Positions 35,370-43,656 of a stretch of 64,000 nt of DNA are shown here, piece by piece (the first letter of the stretch is position 1; every line of letters begins with the position of its first letter). The stretch is from assembly GCA_043798985.1 (NCBI GenBank), contig JAZDOE010000023.1:3626-67625 (forward strand). The letters run 5' to 3'. Position numbers and translations under genes: made by a program. Below the pieces are notes generated by a model, which worked only from the letters and a program-made list of their open reading frames with translations, did not search any database and was not told the DNA's origin. The DNA is from Candidatus Falkowbacteria bacterium (lineage in GTDB: Bacteria; Patescibacteriota; Patescibacteriia; UBA11705; JACRDX01).

Positions 35370-38315
35370 TTATTTCTTATGCTCGCAAATGTTGCGATAA
35401 TCGCAATACTGGCACGCAAAGCATGGCGTTGCGCGAAAATCACTTTGCTCAATCGCTTTAATTTTATCTTTTAATTCTTGCTTTAACGAATCTTTTTCTT
35501 CATTGGTGCCAACAAACGACAACCGCTGTTTTGTCGCGTCTTTTCCTTCCAAATAATAATACGTTAATTTAACCGGCGCAACGCGCAACGATTCTTCAGC
35601 CGCGATTTGATAGAGCAACAATTGTTTTTTCAAATCAGAATCAAGTTTAAGTTTTGGCTCGCCTGTTTTGTAATCAATAATTTCAACACCTTTGCCCGCC
35701 GACGAGGCGGGCGCATCAATTGCATCTACGCGATCAATCTTGCCGACAATTGAATATTTATCCAAACCAAATTTGAAATTTTGTTCAAGCAAATAAAGCT
35801 TTGGTTGTTCTTTAATAAAGTTGTCGTAAAAATTTTCTAAAATTCCTTTGCCTTTTTTAAAATAATCATCGCGCTGTTTTTCATCCGCATACCATTCATC
35901 AATCCATGACTCCTTGTAAATTTCCATAAGCCGCGACAAGGGCAATAATTTTTCGTTCTGTCGCGCAACCTCGCCAAACAGATCAACGACCGTCATGGTT
36001 TTTCGCGTTTTCCATTCTTCCAAAAATCTATGCAAAACAGCGTGCACAACATTACCAAAAGTAAGCACTGGTTTGCCAAACGGAACGATTTTCAACACAT
36101 ACGAAAACTTGTACATCATTGGACACTGCGTAAAAACATTTAGCTGCGAAAAACTGTAATATGTTGAAAAAAACAACCGTCTCGGTTGAACAACAATCGG
36201 CTGAACAAAACTTTTGTTCAAGGCGCTACTTCCACCCAAGGCTGGCATTACTGCTGACTGCTCAACTTTATACCCCAACTCAACAAGAAATTGCGATATT
36301 TTTTTCTTGCGACTGCCGCCGTAATTTTCAGCTGACGTAAAATACAAACCCTTTTTCGCGCGCGTCATCGCAACATAAAACAATCGCCGCTCTTCCTGCA
36401 AATGAAAATCGCCCTCTGGCAAAATATCTTTGATCAATGCGTCTGGAATTTCAATTTGTTCTTTGCGTTCAATTGTCGGAAATCTCTGATCAACCAAACT
36501 TACAATGAACACGTGTTCAAATTCCAAACCCTTTGCAGAATGAATTGTCATTACGCGCACAGCATCATTATCAACATCCAATCCTCCATTTAGCTTGCCG
36601 CAATCACCAGCTTCAATTTCCATTTCCAGCATTTCCATAAAACCGACCAATCGTTTATCACCAAATTCCATTTCAAACGTTTTGATTTTTCTAAAAAATT
36701 GATCTAACAAACTCATCTGCTCCTGATTTTGCGGATCCGGCAAATTTTTCAATATTTGCAAATATCCAGAGTCATACAAAATTTTTAAAAACACTTCGCT
36801 CGTTGGTTTATTTTTAGCCAGATTGGCATGCTTTTCAATTAATCCAACCAACCGCTCAATCTCAACAACCGTTTCCTGCGACACGCCAAATATTCTCGCT
36901 TGTTTCAGCGCCTGCCAAAGTGAAATCGCTTTTTTCTTCGCCTGATAAGAAATCTGTATTATGTCCTCAATCTGCACGTTTACAAATGGCGCTGACAAAA
37001 CACGAAACAGCGCAGCTGACTCGTGGTAATTATCCAGTAAACGAAAATAATTAATTATGTCCAAAATTACCGGCTTTTGATAAAGCCCTTTCAACGCGAC
37101 AAATTGAAATGGAATTTTTGCTTGCGCTAAATGCTGATTAAAAATATCCGCTGAATCATTCGCGCGAACGAGAATCGCAAAATCTGACCACAACAACGTT
37201 TCATCGTTCTTTTTCAACTCCAAAATTTTATCAACAACAAATTGCGCTTCATCCGCAATTTCATTGCAATGACAATGCTGAACATTTCCACTACCCTCAA
37301 CTTGCGAAATTAATTTTTTAACAATGCCAAGCTTGCTCTCCAGCCGGTCTGGGTTGTTCTGCTGAATAAACTTGTACGCAAGATCAAGAATCGGTTGAAC
37401 GGTGCGATAATTATTCATTAAAACAACTTCTTTCGCGTCTTTAAAATCTTCTTTGAATCTCATGATATTACTGACCGACGCGCCGCGGAATTTATAAATG
37501 GATTGGTCGTCGTCTCCGACGACAGTCAAATTGTTCCGCGGCGCGGCAAGCATCTTTACTAATTCGTATTGCGCGTAATTTGTATCCTGAAATTCATCAA
37601 CCAACAAATGCTTGAATTTATTGCGATAATACCGCAAAATTACCGGCCGTTCTTTGAACAATTTAACGCTATAATTTATCAAATCCCCAAAATCCAACGC
37701 ATTGTTTTCCAAAAGCAAATTTTGATAAACATGATAAGCATTGGCAACTTCATTGACGCGCAAAATTTCACTCTCCTCAATAAAATCAGCGCTGCCAGCA
37801 TTCAGCCTGCGTCCTTCCGCGTATTTCAAATAATCTTCCGGCAAAATCAATTCGTCTTTACAACGAGAAAAATGTTTTAACAATGCGTGTATGAATTTTG
37901 CCGGATTGCCCAATGGCCGGTAATAATCCAAATTGAATTTGGCCAAATTTTTGCGAACCAACAACCACTGCCCCACTTCATCCAACAACTTATAATTTCC
38001 AGACAAACCAATATCAATTCCATGTTGCCGCAAAACGCGGTCGGCAAATCCATGGAACGTCATTGTCCATTGATCAAAACAACCGTATGCTAAAAGTTGG
38101 TCAGTTCGCTCCTGCATTTCGGTTGCCGCCTTTTCAGTAAAAGTCAGCGCCAAAATTTCGTCGGGCTTTGCCCGGCCAGTTTCAATCAACCACGCGATAC
38201 GAAAAGTAATGGCCTTGGTTTTACCCGTGCCGGCTCCGGCAACAACAAGTTGCGGCCCATTTTCATGAGTAATGACTTTTTGCTGCTCAATATTCGCTTC
38301 TTTTAAAATGTCCAT
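35370..38315 (-). CDS. UvrD/PcrA helicase fused to PD-(D/E)XK nuclease with Fe-S-type cysteines
   Basis: AGAGTGKT, DEFQD, TIHSAKGLEF, EERRLFYVAMTRA; SFSQL..CP, GKIDRVD, IIDYKTG, CQYC..C. Confidence 0.92.
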   Translation of the reverse strand: MDILKEANIEQQKVITHENGPQLVVAGAGTGKTKAITFRIAWLIETGRAKPDEILALTFTEKAATEMQERTDQLLAYGCFDQWTMTFHGFADRVLRQHGIDIGLSGNYKLLDEVGQWLLVRKNLAKFNLDYYRPLGNPAKFIHALLKHFSRCKDELILPEDYLKYAEGRRLNAGSADFIEESEILRVNEVANAYHVYQNLLLENNALDFGDLINYSVKLFKERPVILRYYRNKFKHLLVDEFQDTNYAQYELVKMLAAPRNNLTVVGDDDQSIYKFRGASVSNIMRFKEDFKDAKEVVLMNNYRTVQPILDLAYKFIQQNNPDRLESKLGIVKKLISQVEGSGNVQHCHCNEIADEAQFVVDKILELKKNDETLLWSDFAILVRANDSADIFNQHLAQAKIPFQFVALKGLYQKPVILDIINYFRLLDNYHESAALFRVLSAPFVNVQIEDIIQISYQAKKKAISLWQALKQARIFGVSQETVVEIERLVGLIEKHANLAKNKPTSEVFLKILYDSGYLQILKNLPDPQNQEQMSLLDQFFRKIKTFEMEFGDKRLVGFMEMLEMEIEAGDCGKLNGGLDVDNDAVRVMTIHSAKGLEFEHVFIVSLVDQRFPTIERKEQIEIPDALIKDILPEGDFHLQEERRLFYVAMTRAKKGLYFTSAENYGGSRKKKISQFLVELGYKVEQSAVMPALGGSSALNKSFVQPIVVQPRRLFFSTYYSFSQLNVFTQCPMMYKFSYVLKIVPFGKPVLTFGNVVHAVLHRFLEEWKTRKTMTVVDLFGEVARQNEKLLPLSRLMEIYKESWIDEWYADEKQRDDYFKKGKGILENFYDNFIKEQPKLYLLEQNFKFGLDKYSIVGKIDRVDAIDAPASSAGKGVEIIDYKTGEPKLKLDSDLKKQLLLYQIAAEESLRVAPVKLTYYYLEGKDATKQRLSFVGTNEEKDSLKQELKDKIKAIEQSDFRATPCFACQYCDYRNICEHKK
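35694..35712. repeat. Palindrome in-frame in the nuclease domain
   Basis: GCCCGCCGACGAGGCGGGC encodes PASSAG. Confidence 0.65.
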
Positions 38316-38337
38316 AACGTTGACAAAGCCGCGCGGG

Positions 38338-38399
38338 TTGTCATTCCGACCTCACTTTAGTGAGGGAGGAATCCCTTGTAAAGACTTTGCGAATGACAA
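38338..38399. repeat. 62-bp palindromic element overlapping the tgt 3' end
   Basis: Terminal inverted repeats TTGTCATTC/GAATGACAA; internal CCTCACT-TT-AGTGAGG hairpin. Confidence 0.8.
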
Positions 38400-39502
38400 T
38401 CGCCGCTCTTATCCGCGACATTAACCCCAAATAAAATTCCAAATTGTTCAACGTTGCCAATCTCTGCGCTAATGGTTCTTTAATCATAAACAAATACCGC
38501 AAGTACGCGCGCGAATAATTTTTTAATACATCAATTTTGCTATCAGCATTAATCGGCGTTTCATCAAATTTAAACTTTTCATTGCAAATATTCAGCTGAT
38601 CATAAAATTTTTCGTCTTTCATCACGTTCACGTGCTTTTTAAAAACAAACAACCGACCATGCCGCGCCTCTCTTGTTGGAATCACGCAATCAAACATATC
38701 AACTCCAAATTTAACCGCTTGAACAATTTGCTCTGGCCGACCAACGCCCATCAAATATCTCGGCTTGTTTTTCGGCAATAATTCGTCAATATATTCCAAA
38801 ACCTTGTACATTTCTTCAACTGATTCGCCTACCGCCAATCCGCCGATCGCATATCCGTCGAAATTGATTTTTGCCAAATCTTGCGCGCTTTTTTCACGCA
38901 AATCGCGTTCCAATCCGCCTTGAACAATGCCAAAAATCAATGGCCGTTTTTTCAATTTTACCCTGTCATTCGACAGGGTCTTGCGAAAATAATCAAAACT
39001 TTTTTTCGCCCACAAAGAAGTCAGTTCAACCGATTGTTCCAGATATTGGCGCTCGGCCGGCAAACCAACGCACTCGTCCAAAACCATTAAAATATCCGAA
39101 TCAATCGCCCGCTGAATTTTTATGGACTCTGCGGGCGACATAAAAAATTTCTTACCATCAATATGTGATTGAAATTCAACGCCGGCCTCGCGCAACTTAC
39201 GAATTTTTGCCAACGAAAAAACTTGGAATCCGCCGCTATCAGTCAGAATCGGCTTGTCCCAGTTCATAAAATGGTGCAAGCCGCCAAGTTTTTTCAGTTC
39301 TTTTTTCGCCGGGTCGCAACATTAAATGATACGTGTTTCCTAAAATAATTTGCGCGCCAAGTTGATTCAAATCCTCGGTTGTCAAAGTTTTCAGCACACC
39401 TCGCGTGGCAATTGGCATAAAACACGGGGTTTCAATTTCACCCCTCCGCGTTTTCAACATCCCTAACCTTGCCTTTTTGTTGTTGTTCAGTACTTTAAAC
39501 AT
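38341..39502 (-). pseudogene. tgt: tRNA-guanine transglycosylase with a 1-nt frameshift in an A6 run (real lesion or sequence error)
   Basis: N part (TPCFMPIAT, GNTYHL) and C part (TDSGGFQVFS, GIVQGG, DMFDCV) are in different frames; removing one T at 39301-39306 joins them. Confidence 0.85.
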
Positions 39503-39564
39503 ATTGTCCTCATTATACTGATTATTCTCTCAAATTTCAACCCAATTTAACCTAAAATTATTTA

Positions 39565-39593
39565 TTGACAACCCCGCGCGTATTTGCTAAACT
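39565..39593 (+). promoter_or_regulatory. Sigma70-type promoter
   Basis: TTGACA-17 nt-TAAACT with TG extension. Confidence 0.7.
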
Positions 39594-39630
39594 AATCGCA
39601 TAAATGTTCTTCAACAACCGGAGGGGTGTC

Positions 39631-40392
39631 ATGGACAAGAAGGCGTTCAAAGTCGCGGTCTCGTGTTTCATCGGTGCTGGAATCGGCGCGCTGGTCGCGC
39701 TGGAAATGAACCAGTGGTTCTGGTGGGTGGGATTGCTCGTCGGCGGGTTCGTCGGCTACCTGTCGTACGAATGGCGAACGGTTCTGCACGCAATTCCCGC
39801 GGCATTCAAGGCAGCTGAACGTGCGGTGTTCAACCGTCCAAAATACTTTTGGACAGCGATTGGATTGAGCATTATTGGCATCGTGGAATACTCTGCGATA
39901 TTTGGATCGCTAATGGGTTTCATAGCTCCAAATACTTCAACGTACATCTCCGTCTGGATTTGTACCACCTGCTTGTTCGCGATAATATTTTCATTCACGT
40001 ACTTTCACGATGAGATGCAGAATGAGCTCCGCAAACTCCTTGTGGCTGGACATCTGCGGCGCACGGTAACAATCGTGATCTTGCCCATTGGAATCTCGTG
40101 GCTGTTGTGGAGGTTCATCATCAACACGCCGCGGATGGTTTGCGCGATCGGGCGAGGCATCGTTCTTATCGCAAAGTTCATCAAGCGATTCGGATGGGAG
40201 ATGTTCATCAGAATCCATTCCGAGATTCGCTTGCTCTGCGGCATTGACGCGATGATCGGCGCGGCAATCGGCTTTTTCAGCGGTTCGGTGCTAATCGGCG
40301 CTTTCGCCGGAGCAGCGTTCGGCGCGCTCAACTATGCGGTCATCACCGTCCGGTGGCTGATCCCAGCCGGACACATCCAACGGACAACGTGA
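39631..40392 (+). CDS. Orphan polytopic membrane protein, GC-richer than flanks
   Basis: GGAGGGG before ATG 39631; Gly-rich TM helices at both ends. Confidence 0.8.
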   Translation: MDKKAFKVAVSCFIGAGIGALVALEMNQWFWWVGLLVGGFVGYLSYEWRTVLHAIPAAFKAAERAVFNRPKYFWTAIGLSIIGIVEYSAIFGSLMGFIAPNTSTYISVWICTTCLFAIIFSFTYFHDEMQNELRKLLVAGHLRRTVTIVILPIGISWLLWRFIINTPRMVCAIGRGIVLIAKFIKRFGWEMFIRIHSEIRLLCGIDAMIGAAIGFFSGSVLIGAFAGAAFGALNYAVITVRWLIPAGHIQRTT

Positions 40393-40421
40393 CGCAACGC
40401 CCCAATAGGGCAACATTCTGC

Positions 40422-40452
40422 GGAGCGGTTTGAAACAAACCGCTCCTTTTTT
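40422..40452 (+). terminator. Intrinsic terminator
   Basis: GGAGCGGTTTG-AAA-CAAACCGCTCC-TTTTTT. Confidence 0.85.
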
Positions 40453-40521
40453 ATTTTCACGGGTGCCACATATCCACACCCCTCAATTTTTCATAAAATT
40501 TTCAAAATGGTATTTATAATG

Positions 40522-40549
40522 GTAGAGACGAGATATATCTCGTCTCTAC
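40522..40549. repeat. 28-bp GTAG-type REP, perfect palindrome
   Basis: GTAGAGACGAGATATATCTCGTCTCTAC. Confidence 0.92.
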
Positions 40550-40562
40550 ATACGCACAAAAA

Positions 40563-40603
40563 CAAAAAATCCCGATCCAAGCATGGATGATCGGGATTTT
40601 TTG
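40563..40603. terminator. Bidirectional terminator-like hairpin
   Basis: CAAAAAATCCCGATC...GATCGGGATTTTTTG. Confidence 0.7.
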
Positions 40604-40607
40604 TCCT

Positions 40608-40655
40608 GTAAAGACGAGATACCCGCCTGCCGTCGGGCAGGTATCTCGTCTTTAC
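40608..40655. repeat. REP with a 20-bp palindrome inserted at its centre
   Basis: GTAAAGACGAGATA-[CCCGCCTGCCGTCGGGCAGG]-TATCTCGTCTTTAC. Confidence 0.9.
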
Positions 40656-40957
40656 CTTGCCATTACGAACGTTGATCCATCCAAATATTTTATCTGCCCA
40701 ACAGGCACCATATTTAGCATCGCGACTTTTTCATCAAGATTTGAAATTGATTGCGCTTTTATAACTTCAACCTCTGCTTTTTTGTTATATTCAACCAATT
40801 CCACTGATTTCGCGTCCAGCTCCTTAATTGAATATCCGATTGTCGCGATTTTATTCATCTGTACTAAATAACCGGCTGACAATGAAACAATAACGGCTCC
40901 CAACAAAGTTGTCACAATAATATTTATTTTCCGCACCTTAGGATTTGGTCTGCTCAT
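40652..40957 (-). CDS. FtsL-like cell division protein
   Basis: TM plus coiled coil, directly after rsmH. Confidence 0.65.
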   Translation of the reverse strand: MSRPNPKVRKINIIVTTLLGAVIVSLSAGYLVQMNKIATIGYSIKELDAKSVELVEYNKKAEVEVIKAQSISNLDEKVAMLNMVPVGQIKYLDGSTFVMAR

Positions 40958-41880
40958 AATATTTTTTCCACCACCCGCAACTTCGCAGAGCGACTATGAA
41001 AATTTTCATCAATCTCACGCTCGCTTGGCGTCACTGGTTTTTTTGTTATAATTTTTATTTTTGCTAAATGGCCACAAGTACAAACTGGCGCTTCCGGAGG
41101 ACACAGACAATCCTTGATCTCTCTCTGAAAAAATTGTTTTACTATTCTGTCTTCCAACGAATGAAAACTTATCACTGCCAACCTTCCGCCAACGTCTAGA
41201 ACATCAATCAAATCAGACAAAACCGTTATAACATTGTGCAGCTCGTCATTTACAGCGATACGCAAAGCTTGAAAAATCTGTGTCGCAGGATGTATTCGTT
41301 TCCTTGGATTTTTGAACTCCATCAACAATTGAACAAGCTGAAATGTCCGCAAAATCGGCTGTTCAGCTCTTGCAGAAATTATTTTCTGGGCAATTTTCTT
41401 TGCTTGGCGCTCCTCGCCATAATCTCTGAAAATTTTTATTAATTGCGTTTCAGAATAACTATTCAAAATTTTCGCAGCGGTCAAAGTGTTATCTAACGAA
41501 TACCTCATGTCCAATGGCTCGTCCCGTTGAAAAGTGAATCCCCTGCCCGAAGCTTGAATTTGATCAAGTGAAAAGCCAAGGTCTATCACAATGCCGCGAA
41601 TGGCTTTGAACTTTTTTTCAGAAACAACATTTTTAATGTTCGCGTAATTATCATTCACCAATATTACCCGACTCCCAAATTGATGTAGCCGATCGGCCGT
41701 CCGTTCAATCGCGTCTTTGTCCCAATCAATGCCCAGCAATTTTCCGTTTGGCGCGTTTTTTTCAAGAATGGCCAGCGCATGTCCACCAGAACCAATGGTA
41801 CAATCCACGAAATTTTCATTTGCCCGCGGATTTAAATACTGCAAAACTTCTTTTAACAAAACCGGAGAATGGAAAATCAT
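40954..41880 (-). CDS. rsmH: 16S rRNA m4C1402 methyltransferase
   Basis: HSPVLLKE, DCTIGSGGH, PLDMR, ISFHSLEDR, SAKLR. Confidence 0.97.
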   Translation of the reverse strand: MIFHSPVLLKEVLQYLNPRANENFVDCTIGSGGHALAILEKNAPNGKLLGIDWDKDAIERTADRLHQFGSRVILVNDNYANIKNVVSEKKFKAIRGIVIDLGFSLDQIQASGRGFTFQRDEPLDMRYSLDNTLTAAKILNSYSETQLIKIFRDYGEERQAKKIAQKIISARAEQPILRTFQLVQLLMEFKNPRKRIHPATQIFQALRIAVNDELHNVITVLSDLIDVLDVGGRLAVISFHSLEDRIVKQFFQREIKDCLCPPEAPVCTCGHLAKIKIITKKPVTPSEREIDENFHSRSAKLRVVEKIL

Positions 41881-42308
41881 ATTCCCATTTCCCCCATTTT
41901 CTCCGCGATATTATTGCTTTCTTTTTCTGTGTCTATCTTAAATTTATTCCATTTATCACTGGCCCAAATTTCCAGCCGGTTATACAAACCAGCAATTACA
42001 ACCTTCTTTTTTAAACCAGCATATTCACGTAAATATTCCGGCACAATAATTCTTCCCAATTTATCAATCGCGACATCCATTGCGCCCGCCAACATGAGGC
42101 GCGAAAAAGCCCGGCTGTTTGCCTGGCTTATTGGTAATGATGCTATCTTTTTTGCCAATACTGTCCACTCTGATTTTGGATAAACAAAAAGACAGTTGTC
42201 CAATCCGCGCGTCACAACTGCCCCACTTTTTAAACTAACGCGAAACTTGGCTGGCAAAGAAATTCTGCCTTTTTCATCAATTGAAAAATTAAATTCTCCA
42301 ATAAACAT
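41877..42308 (-). CDS. mraZ: Transcriptional regulator MraZ
   Basis: MFIGEF, DEKGR, DKLGR, RLEIW; 143 aa from ATG 42308. Confidence 0.95.
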   Translation of the reverse strand: MFIGEFNFSIDEKGRISLPAKFRVSLKSGAVVTRGLDNCLFVYPKSEWTVLAKKIASLPISQANSRAFSRLMLAGAMDVAIDKLGRIIVPEYLREYAGLKKKVVIAGLYNRLEIWASDKWNKFKIDTEKESNNIAEKMGEMGI

Positions 42309-42312
42309 ATTT

Positions 42313-42397
42313 CCACTATTTCCCACTAATATCCACCTACAACCATTATATTCCACTTCTACATATCGGTCAACCACAAATCACCACCAAAAACCAT
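42313..42397 (-). promoter_or_regulatory. MraZ-binding direct repeats
   Basis: GTGG/ATGG at 10-bp spacing (+ strand CCAC/CCAT at 42313, 42323, 42333, 42343, 42353, 42374, 42384, 42394). Confidence 0.8.
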
Positions 42398-42422
42398 TTA
42401 AAATTAGATTGATTTTCAGGGT

Positions 42423-42431
42423 TGTGGATAA
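42423..42431 (-). promoter_or_regulatory. Perfect DnaA box
   Basis: TTATCCACA on the minus strand. Confidence 0.5.
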
Positions 42432-42437
42432 ATAAAA

Positions 42438-42501
42438 AACTGGTAACTGGTAATCGGTACCTAGGGTTAAAAATTTTCAATCCCCAGTTACTAGTTACTA
42501 G
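42438..42501. repeat. Heptamer inverted-repeat element overlapping the tsaB stop
   Basis: AACTGGT AACTGGT AATCGGT ... CCAGTTA CTAGTTA CTAG. Confidence 0.65.
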
Positions 42502-42934
42502 CCCCAGTTCTAATATTCGGCTCTTTATCGTATTTTGGCATAACCAAATTTTTCATGCCAAATTGTTTTTTGTTTATATTCGCGTTGCTCAATAACCATT
42601 GTAATTTTTCTTTTTCGTTTTCAAAACTTTTTGTGATGTGCGCCCCGCCGATTGGAATATCAAGCGCGTATGCCAAAGTATTTGCCGTCGCGATTCCAGT
42701 CCTCAACGCTGAAAAATCGCCCGGCCCGTCCGCGATGATTATCTGGTTTAACGCGTCTAACCTTACTTCTGCGGCGCGCAATAATTCAATAATGGTTTTT
42801 AGCAAAAATTCCGAATGCTTGAATGGCTTGTTTATCGTTTTACTGAATAATAATTGCTTTCCGCTGGCCAAACCAACGCTGAATTGCTTATTAAACTCCG
42901 CGGCAATGATCAGTGTCCATTTTTTATTCTGCAT
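42491..42934 (-). CDS. tsaB: t6A biosynthesis protein TsaB, short form
   Basis: HSEFLL, GPGDFSALRTGIATANTLAY, PKY..EPNI. Confidence 0.85.
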   Translation of the reverse strand: MQNKKWTLIIAAEFNKQFSVGLASGKQLLFSKTINKPFKHSEFLLKTIIELLRAAEVRLDALNQIIIADGPGDFSALRTGIATANTLAYALDIPIGGAHITKSFENEKEKLQWLLSNANINKKQFGMKNLVMPKYDKEPNIRTGASN

Positions 42935-43571
42935 AATTATCCTCCACATTCATTGAACAAACTTTTTGTTCAGGCAGCTTAATTATTTTATTTACAATCA
43001 AAACCTTATTTGGATTTTCTAAGATGTTCAACAAAAATCTATCGGCAATATCTTTGCGCAACTGGTATTCAATCATCGTTAGAATCGTATAACGCACAGC
43101 CTCGCCCGCCTCTTTTTCTAGTGCTTTGAAGATACTTTGTAACTTTCTTATGTCCAACTCATTACCAATTATGACAAGGTCTGTCGTGCTTTTTTTATCG
43201 TCAACAAATATGCCCATCAGCGCCAGATATTTTATCTCACCAGCCTGCACAATACGCTTAATTATCTTCTCTTCTATAATCATTTTCCCCTTGGAAAAAA
43301 GCGTGGTCAAATCGCTGATGAACGGGCACTCAGGACTTAATCCATAATATTTTTTAGGAGTCATTCCTGCGTTATCACGAACAGCTCCCTTGCTATCTTT
43401 TTCAATAATCAATCCCAGCTCAATTAAATTTTCCAACTCGCGGCGAACAGAATTCAGCATCACATCAGTGAGCCGCACAATCTCTCTCACGTAAAATTTC
43501 TTATGCGGATTATTTAAAAAGAACCGTATCAATTCAGCTCGCGCTCTTGAACCAAATAATTGTTCAAACAT
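42924..43571 (-). CDS. Winged-helix protein with nucleotidyltransferase-like C-terminus
   Basis: LFGSRAR, YVREIVR, NSVRRELENL; DLVIIG. Confidence 0.7.
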   Translation of the reverse strand: MFEQLFGSRARAELIRFFLNNPHKKFYVREIVRLTDVMLNSVRRELENLIELGLIIEKDSKGAVRDNAGMTPKKYYGLSPECPFISDLTTLFSKGKMIIEEKIIKRIVQAGEIKYLALMGIFVDDKKSTTDLVIIGNELDIRKLQSIFKALEKEAGEAVRYTILTMIEYQLRKDIADRFLLNILENPNKVLIVNKIIKLPEQKVCSMNVEDNYAE

Positions 43572-43656
43572 AGGATTTTCAATTAATTTTCATCATTCCT
43601 CCTATTGCCAACCTCACTGAATATAGTATAATGGACGAACAATAGAAAAGTCAACT

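Noticed and set aside
36231-36248. CCAGCCTTGGGTGG (PALGG) in the UvrD linker
   Set aside because: Weak, mismatched hairpin in a variable linker.
42417-42490. oriC
   Set aside because: Only a single perfect DnaA box, no dnaA/dnaN nearby and no switch in gene orientation.
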